In this document: positions 36,146 through 47,370 of the stretch, piece after piece
Layout of the letters: each line of letters starts with the position of its first letter
Position numbering within the stretch: position 1 is the stretch's first letter
Assembly: GCA_951406725.2 (NCBI GenBank)
Contig: OX597816.1
Location: 118,792,001 to 118,856,000 of the forward strand
Direction: 5' to 3'
DNA length: 64,000 nt
Source: Octopus vulgaris
Taxonomy: Eukaryota
The notes under the pieces: generated by a model
Told to the model about the DNA's origin: nothing
Database searches by the model: none
Seen by the model: only the letters and a program-made list of their open reading frames with translations
Position numbers and translations under genes: made by a program

Positions 36146-37639
36146 ATGAGAGCATTGAAAAGTGGATGTTAAAAAAGCTAGTTGCTCAGACCTATGGTCT
36201 AAAGGAATTCCAATGCGACCATTTTGTATTTTAGTGTCTTTTCTTTATAATGACACATTGGATAGTGTGATATGAAAGAAATTTGATTGTTATTCCAAGC
36301 AGGACAAGTGAATATCCAGAGACTTTCCCCGCGATGGCTCATCTTGGTTCTTGTTTAGCTCCAGTTCGCTTCTGACTGAACAAACCTATGATGAAGTACA
36401 TTAAGAACAATAACCATCCTGTGTCTTTTTTTTGTTTGCTTTATATTACAACCAAATTGTTTAATATCTTTTGATGTTAGGGTGTGACTTAAGGATGATT
36501 TGGCTGCTATTTCCAATAAATTGAGTGCTCATTAAAAGATTTCCCTATACACAGGCTAAGTAATGATTTTTTTGACACAAAAGGCTGAACACTGAGACCA
36601 TTTACTGTTGAGGTCATCCTATATGGGGTAAAGTATCAACAGGTAAATGATACTGATCTTAACATCTCCCAATTTCAGTCCCTTGCACCTACCTATCTTC
36701 TCCTATCTTGTACATATTTTCTCTCACACATAAGTTTACTCCTACTTTTCGAGACATATACAAATATTATATGGCAAAGCTATGTAGTCTTTGAGATGAG
36801 ATGACAAAGGACCAAGATGAGATGCCTAGCATCTTGCTGTACTCAAGAAGATCTGTGCTCTACAGGAGAAGTGTTAAGGCCACTCCCCCTGATGAAGAGG
36901 ATTGGCCTGCAAGAGTCATGTGTTGGTGCCACATAAGAGCACTCAGCACACTCTGTGAAGTGGATGGTGTTAGGAATAGCATCCAGCCATAGGAACCATG
37001 CCAAATCAGACTGGAGCCTGGTGCAGCTCTTCGACTTGCCAGCTTTGGTCAAACCGGCCACACCATGCCTGCACGGGCAATGGACATAATAAATGATGAC
37101 AATGATGGTGAATAGAAAGATTGTGGTTCTGATTCCTGCACTGGATGGTGTGCTGTGTTCATAAGCAAACCACTTCATTTCATGTTGCTCCAACCCCTTA
37201 AGCTGTAAATGAGCTCCCACAACAACTAGGAAGTTAAACCTACAACAGACTAGTGCCCCATTCATTTATCAGTGAGTGCTGTAATCTCAGTTACTTACAT
37301 ATGATGGAAACAGGGTCAAGTGAAGTTCTGGCCTCATAGGTCTTACGGCAACATTTAGAAACCTTATTACTGATCATTTCTGGAATGGCTATCCTTTAAA
37401 GGCTTTAAAGATAATCTGTCTATTATTACAGAAGTGGTGATATTGTAATTACATTACAAAATAGAATCAAGATGATAGACACAATTACTGACTCCCATAA
37501 TGTCTTTAGTTCAAATAGCTAAGCCAGTGAAATTCTTTTAAGCTTTTGACTGGCTTCTGAGCAATATTATAGCAATTCAGCATTGCTATGACAATTATTA
37601 CCAGACTAATGTAATTTTTGTCATGAGAAAGGAGAAAAG

Positions 37640-37800
37640 AAAAAAGAAACCTGATGTTATTCTTATGTGGAAGCAGGTGGTTCATTTGCATGGCAAACTT
37701 CCATAGTATCTTCATAGTATCATTTTCTTCTAAGACAGCTGGAAATTGATAAGAGTAATGCAGTGTTTTTTCTTTGAAGATATTCAAACTAAAGTTTGCT
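37640..37800 (-). mobile_element. Short Dong/R4-like RLE remnant
   Basis: ORF 37506..37787 contains PAVLEENDTMKILWKFAMQMNHLLPH, similar to VLEN...KILWDF.IQTD..L.H upstream of the RLE PD motif. Confidence 0.45.
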
Positions 37801-38334
37801 ATGCTGTGATGTTTCCAAGTTTATTTGGAAGAGCTAGTGTAGGACATTTCAAAGAGACATTGTTTCAAAAGATGCACATTTGACATTTGTGTTAAAGGGA
37901 TGGCTGTACTGGGGCACCGCCTTGAAAGTCTTTTAGTAGAACAAATCAGATTTTTTCTTAAAGCTTGGTACTTATTCTATTGGGCTCTTATGCTGAATTG
38001 CTAAGTTATGGGGACATAAACAAACCAACACCTGTTGTCAAGCGATAATGGGGGACAAACACACATATTTTTGAACACAGTACCGCCATTTAAACAGCAG
38101 AATGATTGGGCAATATTACCCTTACAAGGCAGAAAAAGTTGTCAACAAACAGCCATGTGAGTTGAATCCACATCCCCAAAGACACCAGCTGAGTGCTTTA
38201 CCATTAAGCTCAACATTTCTGTCGATTTTAAATGCTAAATAGCTAGCTTATTGAAATATAACAATCACGTATGTATATAAACAAAGTTACATTTGTTTAT
38301 ATACAGACATAGTTTTTACATACACATTATAAAG

Positions 38335-38576
38335 ATGCATGTAAAAGCACCATCCGTTCGTGGCCGTTTGCCAGCTCCGTCTGGCACCTGTGCGGGTGGC
38401 ATGTAAAAAGCACCCACTACACTCACGGAGTGGTTGGCGTTAGGAAGGGCATCCAGCCGTAGAAACACTGCCAGATCTGACTGGGCCTGATGCGACCTTC
38501 CGGCTTCACAGACCCCAGTTGAACCGTCTAACCATGCTAGCATGGAAAACGGACGCTAAATGATGATGATGATGAT
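38335..38576 (+). mobile_element. RTE 3'-UTR fragment
   Basis: ccatgctagcatggaaaacggacgctaaatgatgatgat. Further copies at about 8520, 10870, 23060, 36790, 39370, 48710, 55315, 55820, 56200-56700, 58730 and 63800. Confidence 0.85.
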
Positions 38577-40769
38577 TACAAATACAACAGCTTCTTTCAG
38601 TTTCCATCTACCAAATCCACTCACAAGGCTTTGGTTAGCCCAAGGATACATGAGGTTTCATGATTTTCCTTTTCTTTTTCATTTGAACAGCTTTACCTTC
38701 ATTTAGACCCAAATATCTACATGATGCATAATTGTCCAGCTTATGTACTAACTTCCCTTCCATGGTGTGTAACAAATCAGCTTCACAGTATTATTATCAG
38801 GAGGTGAACTGAGTAGAACCATTATAAAAGAATAGGTACAAGAGTATACATTTTACATGAGAACAGTTGAGGAATTAATTTCAGAACTCAACTATTCCTT
38901 ATCACCCCCTCCACCCCAACTCACTCCAACTACTCAGAAAGTGAAGGGACATAACTAAACACTGTCCTACTAAGTCTCATCCATTATCTTAATAATAATA
39001 GTAACAACTTCTAACTTTGTCACAATGAGGCACACATTCTGCAGGGTTGGTGTAGACAATTTATCTGATACCAGAAAGATGAAAAGCAAAGTGAGGTCAA
39101 GCAGTACTGCAACTCGGAATATAGTTAAACATTTCAAGGCATTCTTGTACTTTTTTCATTTTATCATAAAAATAATTATTAGATTTAGGAAGTTGTAGTA
39201 GTTTGTCAAATAAAATACCTGAAAACACTGAGTATTAAATCCAATAATGGCTGACTATCATTCAACCCTCAGGGTGCCTTTGATATAGATCCTACACGTT
39301 CCTAGGTTGTTTTAAATGAGTTTTATCCACTTTTTCACAAAAGTTTTTAATTTATTATCATGGCAAGTCAATCATCATCATCATCAACAATAACAAAGTC
39401 CATTTTCCATGCTGGCAAGGCTAGGCATTACACTAGGCTCCATTATCTGTTTCGGTTTGGTTTCTATGGTTGGATGCCCTTCCTAACACCATCCATTCCA
39501 AAGTGTACTGGGTGCTTTTTCTGTGACACCAGCACTGGTATCAATTCTGCAGTGGAAGAGGTCTTCTTGAGTACAATAATGTGACAGATATCTTGGTCCT
39601 TTGTCATCTCCATAAGGCCCAGTGTTTTGAGATTGGCCTTCAATATTTTGTCTGTCTTGCTAGGTATCCTTCTATAAATTCCATCCATTTTAAGTGATTG
39701 GCACTTCTGTATGCATCTGTTTATATCCATATACATCATGACCAAACAGTGCAGTTTCCTCTCTTGCACACTGCATCTAATTTTGTTTTTAGAAACAGAA
39801 AAAATCTTATGTACTTCTGTATTTTGTTTTTCAGTGAGTGCTATGAACTTTTCTGGAATAAACACACCACATGATGTGTTGATATGACAAATGATAGAGA
39901 ATATCTTTTCTAAATATTTTTCTGATGACTAACAGTGTTACAAAAAATATCTTTATGATATGAAAGTCAATTCAATAGACAATACTACCCTGCAACTAAA
40001 TAAACCTTGTGCTTAGATAAAAAAAGAAATCATCATCAACAATAATTATTGTGATGGTGTCCTAACTGTTATCATTATTTATATTGTTATTATGGAAGTG
40101 GAGAAGGCAGAGACAGAAAATTTTCATCTCTCTCAGTTCTAAGATCAAATCTCATGATGAACAACTTTGATTTTCATTGCCTGGGAACAAAGCTCTAATA
40201 AAATAAGTACAAATTATAATTGAACCCCAGTCTGAACAGATCTATGATCACAGGTAACTGAGCAGTGATCCTCATGCCTATTCTTTCAAGCATGTATAAG
40301 TACCAGTAAAATACAGGAATCAAGTTCATCAACTATACACCAATCTCAAAAGAGTTATGGGGCCACTGAGTCTGATAAATAAAATATATATCTAACTCAT
40401 ATCACACTCTAGATTAAAAAAAAAAAAACAAAGAGGAAGGACACCTTGATCCATTATACTTAGATTGGAACACTTGGTTGTTGACCTGCTTGATCAGAGA
40501 TAACCTGGGGCTAAATAACAACAACAAAATATTGGCCTCAAATTAAAACAGAGCCAAGTGAAGAAATAGAGGTCCAAAGCTAAAGAACTCAACAATTGTA
40601 AATACTCCAGCAACTGATATATTCAAATTAGTACATACACATACTAGCTATTTACTTGAGAAATCAAGATTATCCAGACAAACAAAAATGAATTACTCAT
40701 AGTCAGTTTTATGATGTCAATCATTGTATATAAATTTTGCTTATATCACCTATCAATGGCCCAATAAAT

Positions 40770-43380
40770 TATCATCATCACTGTTGTTTAACGTCTGCTT
40801 TCCATGCTGGCATGGGTTGGATGGTTTGACTGAGGGCTGGGGAGCCAGATGGCTGCATTAGGCTCCAAACTGATCTGGCAAAGTTTCTACAGCTGGATGC
40901 CCTTTCCAACACTAACCACTCCGAGAGTGTAGTGGGTGCAATGATCACACTCAAATGCTGCACCTCTTATGTGTCCATAGCTTACACTGGGTACATCTTG
41001 TGGAATTTCTACCTATGCCTTTTCTACAGATCGAGCAGGGCCATCTACATGAAGGGACTTGTGGTTTGTCTGCCTTCCTACTTAATAAGACTTTGGTTTT
41101 TGCTAGGTTGACTTTAAGGCCCTTTGATTCTAGACCTTGCTTCCACACCTGAAACTTCTCTAGTTCTAATAGTGACTCAGCTTTTAGAGCAATGTCATCA
41201 GCATAGAGAAGCTCCCACGGGCATCTTGTCTTGAATTCCTGTTATTGCCTGGAGGACTATGATGAATAAGAGGGGGGCTGAGGACTGATCTTTGGTGAAC
41301 CCCTACCTAGAATTCTTCACTGTACTCTTTGCCAACCCTCACCTTACTGACAGCATCCCTGTATATGGCTTGTACAGCTCTCACTAACCATTCATCTATC
41401 CCTAGTTTCCTCATTGATCACCAGATAAGGATGCGGGGGACCCTGTCAAAGGCTTTCTCCATATCAACGAAAGCTAGGTATAGAGGTTTATTTTTGGCTA
41501 GGTATTTCTCCTGCAGCTGTCTTACCAGAAATATAGCATCAGTAGTGCTTTTCCCTGGCACAAACCCAAATTGCATCTCGTCTAGACTGACTTTCTCCCT
41601 AATTAGTTGGACTATGACCCTCTCCATAACTTTCATTACCTGATCCAATTACTTGATACCTCCGTTATTATTTGTATCTAATGCAACACCTTTACTTTTG
41701 TAGCAGTTGACTATGGTGCTGCTACACCAGTCATTGGGTATGACTCCTTCATGTATCTCCTGATTGACTATACGGGTGACTAGACTATAGCCGACACCAC
41801 CAGATATTTTAAGCATCTCTGCAGTGATTCCTGATGGGCTGGGGGCTTTCCCTGCCTTCATACCCTTAATTGCTTTATCTATCAAGGTACTGTCAATTTG
41901 GATAGCTAGTCCCTCTGTTAGGTCGACATTTGGCAGACTCTCTTTCTCCCATTCATTCTCTTCATTTAGCAACCTTTCCTAGTGGCGTCTCCAAACCTTT
42001 CTCCTTGCAGCTTCATTAAATGCTAGTGAGCTGTCATCCATGCGAACACATTTCTCTCCTATGACATCACGATTCTCTCTCACACACTGTCTTGCAACAC
42101 GAAACACCTCAAGTCTTTGGCCCTCATAACGCAGAACATTGGCAATTTTTTTTTTTATCTGCTTCCCCTCTGGCTAAAGAAACCTGTCTCCTAGCTTCCC
42201 TTCTGATAGTCTGACACAATTCCCTGCTACCAGTGTTCTTCCAGTCCTTTCATGCCTGCTTCTTTCCCCTAATGGCCCTGTCAACTACATTGTTCCACAA
42301 TCATGTTACCTTGGGTTGAGAGGGGATTTGCATCATCTACACATATCTGGTCAGTAGCCCTCAACAGTTGTCCTGTAGAAACCTCCAGTTGTCTTCCAGA
42401 TCATGTGATGCTATATCCCCCTATATTTCGTCAAAAGCTTCGAGTAATACGTCTCTAAATCTCTGTCCATTCGCAGGATCCTTAAACTTCCAGACCCTTC
42501 TTCTCCATGCTGGTCGTCTTCTGGGAATCCATTTAGCCCTGATCGCGAAGTCACTAACTACTAATCTATGTTGTGGGGTGCATTCCTCACCTGGGAAGGT
42601 TTTGGCATTTATAAGTAGTCATCTTTCCTGTTTCCTAGCAAGGCTGTAGTCAATTTGACTAGTGAGTCTACCAGATCGGTAAGTGAATAGGTGACTGGCA
42701 GGTTTCCTGAAGTTAGTATTACAAACCATAAGATCATTTGCATCGCAGAACTCTGGCAGCCTGGTTCCCTCCTCATTGCGGGAACCAAAACCATAGCCTC
42801 CATGTACGCCATGGAGGCCCCCTGTATGTTGTCCAACATGCCCATTGAAGTTGCCAGCTACAAAGAGATGGTCCCTGTCATTCATTGATGAGGTAGTCTG
42901 CAAGAGGGTGTCATAAAATCGGCCTTTCTGTTCATCAGGTAGCCCTGGCTGAGGGACATTGGCCAAGATAATGGTTGCTAACTCCTGTTACAGCACTAAT
43001 CTAATCTTAAGTATTCTATCACAGACTCTGACTACCTCAATAACCTTATCAACCCATTTCTCCACGCAAAGTATACCCATGCCGCCGACCCCGTCAGTGT
43101 TCTCTGCCCAGAAAATCTTATACCTATGTTCTTTGTCTATGAGGAACCTAGCAGAACTTCCTCTCCACCTTACTTCTTGGATGCAGCACAAATCTACACA
43201 TCTCCGTTCAAGCATCTCAACAAACTCACCAGACCTGCCTTTCTGAGTGCCAACTCTGATGGTGTGCAAGGTGTGGACCCGTGAGACCCTGGGATGGGGG
43301 TCAGCAGCATCATGTACCTGAAAAGGAAGCTCGCATTTGGCAGAACTCATGAACATACAATAGCCTTCAACCTGCATACA
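40770..43380 (-). mobile_element. Near full-length RTE-clade LINE, inactivated (APE endonuclease + RT + PHD-like Cys cluster)
   Basis: APE motifs DLCCIQEVRW, GNFNGHVG, SQIDY; RT motifs QFGFVPGKSTTDAIF, AFVDMEKAFDRV, LLYADD; Cys cluster CSIC..CTQCKLWTHKRC; deletion joining about 40950 to the 3' UTR; (GAT) tail. 5' boundary uncertain. Confidence 0.93.
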
Positions 43381-44970
43381 CTACCCCATCATTTTTATGT
43401 GCTACATAATCACTACATTACACAGGAGATAAGCCCTTAGTAGGGATGGGGGAACATTAAGCCTTTAGAAGTTTTCATGAGAGAGACATCCAATAGAGGT
43501 CAGAGACTTCCGGTACAGGTGGTGGGAAGGGCAGGTGTACTGTGAAACAGCAAAAACTCAGGCTGCTGGTGTGAGAGAATATTATGATAATAATGAGATA
43601 GAATTAGGCACTTGAAATTCTTAACTAGGACTATAACCAAGAGTTTTCGATCAGCCAACTGTGACAAAATTAGAATCAAAAGCTTTTGGTCAGCCAAACT
43701 GTACCAAAATTAGATAAATGAATGAGTAAGTGATGATAATAAATGAGCGTGAAAGAGTGGGAGAAAGAGGGAGAGTTGGATCGAGTAAAAGGATCTTAAG
43801 CTTTCATAAACATTATTTTTCTATTTCATCAGGATTGCAATCAGTTACTCATGGCAATTGCTTTTACAGCAAGGAGCTCTTCAACTGGCTTCCTGATCAA
43901 CTATGATATAGAAATGGTTTCTAATGACAGTCAATCAAACTGGTGCAAGCAGAGTTACATACCATATTTAAGATCACAGCTTAACAACTTAATAGCTGTA
44001 TCATTAATTCCTAACACTAAATAATAGACATAGGTATTACTGTGGTTGAGAAGTTTGCTTTCTAACCACATGGTTTTGAGTTCAGTGCCACTGTGTGACA
44101 CTTTGCACAAGTGTCTTCAACTACAGCCCTAAGCTGACCAATGCCTTGGGTAAATTGAAAGAAGCTTGTTGTGTGTACTCACAAGACGTCTAAGGTGGCT
44201 TGGCTAAACTCTCTGTCAACCTCCAAGGAAATTCTTTCACCAGACAGATAGCTGAAGATGTGACCGGTGATAGTAAAGGCAGATGTGGAAGCACAATTGG
44301 GCCCAGATATCTATGGTTTTCAGCAAAAGAATTCTAAGTGGGTCTCTATTACAGCATCAACTGTGCCTAACCATCAGATGTGGTCAGCATTTGTGGGTGA
44401 TGTGGTGAACTTGTTGGTCAGAGCTGGCTCAGCCCAACCCAAGTGAAAGCTGCCACAAGTACGTGTGTGTGTGTGTATATATATATATGTCCCACCCATG
44501 CTAGCATGGAAGGCAGACGTTAAATGATGATAAATATAAATGCATACACACACAGATATATAAATATATATGTATATAAGTATGTATGTGTGATACAAAA
44601 GGCTCATTCAACCAAGGCCTTTTGTTGCTCAAGTGACCAAGAGATCATTGCTTCACACAGAAACAAGAAGAGCATCTGATCATAAGAAAGGTAAATTTTT
44701 ACTATTATCCCCTTCTCATTTTGAAGATGAAATCTATGCTTCTCCCCTAGCTTTTTTTTAATGTTTTGAATAAATCTGACCATCAAAATTGTCAGAAATC
44801 ATTTGTACTTTAGATAAAACCCCTCTTTGCAATAGGCAGTGTAGGGTTGAGGTACTGCATATAATCAGTACCTCAACCTGTAAGAAGTAACAGGCAAACA
44901 AGTGTCATATGATCAATAAACGAACAAACACCTTAAATACAGCAGAAGCATAGTGTCTTAAGAATGAGGA

Positions 44971-45708
44971 TCTACTATGATAATACTTGTGTTTTTCTCC
45001 GTCACAACATATGAATGAGAAAGGAAGGGGCGACAGATGAATAAGGAAGGAAGGTGAGATGACAAACTGGTGGGATGGTGAACATTCAACACGAAAAAGA
45101 AAAATCAAACAGCATTTCAATTCTGTGTGAGTATATGTATGTATGTGCTTGTACAAGGGAAGTATGTGAATGTATGTGAACATTGACAAGTGTATTAATT
45201 TGATTTACTATCCATATTTATATATTAAAATACTACAATTAGCTGTCATTTTTGAAGGCAAGGGGCCAGCTGGTCTACTATAACAATACTCTTTTGTTTT
45301 TCTCCATCACAATATATGAATGAGAAAGGAAGGAGTGATAGATGAATAAGGAAGGAAGGGGTGATGGTAAGCTGGTAGTGGGAGTATATGTGTGTGTATG
45401 TAAAAGGGATGTGAATTTTGTGTGTGTGTGTGCGTGCAATGGAAGTGGGATGGTGAACATTCAACGTTGAAAAGAAAAATCAAACAGCATTTCAATTCTG
45501 TGTGAGTGCGTGTGTGTGTACATGGGAAGTATGTGAATGTTTGTGTATGTGAAACAGCGTTCTTTCAGTAAAAAACCATGATCGATATCACATCTCAAAA
45601 GACAACCACTAGATAACATTGACAAGTGTATTAATTGGATTTATCATCCATATCTATATATAAAATACTACAATTAGCCGTCATCTTTGACAACATGGAG
45701 CCAGCTAG
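44971..45708 (+). mobile_element. Head-to-tail dimer of a non-autonomous Helitron
   Basis: A|TCTACTAT start, internal CTGG|TCTACTAT junction at 45273/45274, CTAG|T end at 45708, degenerate subterminal hairpin gccgtc..gac. Confidence 0.8.
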
Positions 45709-46230
45709 TATAATTATAATTATAAAAAGAAAAAGAAAAGTTGCGATTAAAATAATAAGAAGTGTGATGTAATAGTACACAATTAAAAACCCAAATAGCA
45801 CAATTTCTAGACTGTTATAGAAATAACAGTCTAGATGGAGCACAGTGAAAATGAGTAGAATGATGAGCATTTTGGCTGTACATATCAATAAAGCTCATAA
45901 ATGATATAAGTAATTAAGGTAAAATTTGTTACCCATCAGCATATGATTGGAATAATAACAAAGAAATAAAATATGGAAAACATATGATTTTAAATTCCCT
46001 CTCTCTCTTTGGGAGAGGCACAAGCACCTACACGCACATATGCACACACGGCAGTTACTTCCACCTACCGAATTCAATCACAAAGCTCCGGTCAGCTCGG
46101 GGCTATAGTGAAAGACACTTACCCAAAGTGCCACGCAGTGAATTATTTGTAAAAATAAAAATTCAAAGTTTAAATAAAAAAAAAAAGAAGAATAGTCTAT
46201 TAAAATTTTGCTTTTAAATTTCAAACATAC

Positions 46231-46335
46231 CTTATACGAGGACGGATTTTCTCCAGGTAAGCATAATAATTATAGACGGTCATATAACCAACTACAGCAT
46301 AGCACACACAACCATTTTGTTGATACTTCTCAAAT
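46231..46335 (-). CDS. HAT1: HAT1 coding exon (105 nt): (L)FEKYQQNGCVCYAVVGYMTVYNYYAYLEKIRPRI
   Basis: Acceptor ttctattcag, donor gtatgt; conserved FEKY...VGYMTVYNYY.Y....RPR. Confidence 0.96.
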
Positions 46336-47109
46336 CTGAATAGAAAAAGCAAATAAAAATTTATAATAAATCAATCTTCAACTTGGAATGCAGAAAGACT
46401 GCTTTAAAGCAAACAAACAAAAAATAATAATATTAATAAACACTGCTTTCTGAAGATGTAGTCATTATGTAGTAACCTGACCTGCTATGAACAGAAGCTA
46501 TATCTCCTTTAAATAACACTATGTCATCTTCAATCATCTTAAGCATAGAAGGATACATTGGACACTATATTCGTAGATAAGCAAAAAGACAGGATAATTA
46601 TGGCAGGAAAGCCTTTGATTAAGATCGCACTGGGATTAAAAAGCATCCACACAATGATCTTGCTTGAGCTTTTTTTTAAAGAGAAGTCACTAGAATGACT
46701 AAGCTTGGATTGGAAAGAGGTCCAAAAGGACAGTGCAGTTTGTAGAAGAAGAGAGTAAATATTTTAGATTAAAACACTCAGAGAACATGAGACCAAAATG
46801 TGGTGATGGTGGTAGTGAGAACAATAACTACATGGAGAATTGAAGGTCACAAAACGGAATAAAGAGAACAACTCAGTACATCCAGAGTAAATTTACTTGT
46901 TTACTAACAAACTCATGAAGCAAATTTTGTAATATAATTGAGGTAATTAATTAGTCAATGAGCAGAAGGAACAGTGTCTACAGCTTTTGCATGCCTTACC
47001 AGACTGGTGAGACTTTATTACATATTTGATGTTTAGTTTGAATGTCAAATAACAGAATTACATACATGCACATGTGTATGTGTGTGTGTGCGTGAGAGAG
47101 AGAGAGAGA

Positions 47110-47370
47110 GAGATACCGGAATTCTGCAGGGTGAATGTTCTGGAGAGAAAAGATTGTGATCTAAGAGGTAGGGTATTATGTTGTGTTGTGAGTGTAGCTG
47201 GAGGTTGAATAAAGTTAGCTAGCAAGGTGAGAGGAGAAGAGACCCTTGTGGTATTGTACAAAAGGTAGGCAGAAGAAAAACTCGTCTGTGGTTGAATCAG
47301 GCTGGGGAGTGAATTATTGCCAATCAGTCAAGTGCCTTTCTTTACAGCATTAAGGGGAAGGGCGGGGCAT
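47110..47370 (-). mobile_element. CR1/Jockey-like LINE C-terminal remnant
   Basis: Minus-strand fragments LIGNNSLPSLIQP, HRRVFSSAYL and SFLSRTFTLQNS resemble L.HRR..ASL.LFY...SF.PRT..LWNS. Confidence 0.45.

Noticed and set aside
44250-44310. CTGAAGA/CTGATGA heptamers here and at about 6852, 16948, 36889 and 60889 as hammerheads
   Set aside because: No helix II followed by GAAA and a pairing NUH site could be built.
46245-46265. Leu in place of the usual Pro in HAT1 YY.YP..(RPR), and Asp in FIDAAS versus vertebrate FIETAS
   Set aside because: Single substitutions (CTG could be a CCG deamination); the frame and motif A are intact, and without an alignment I cannot call them unusual.
47315-47370. 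CCAAT plus GGGCGGGG promoter-like pair
   Set aside because: Lies within a decayed LINE coding remnant; no TATA/Inr, first-exon donor or CpG retention.
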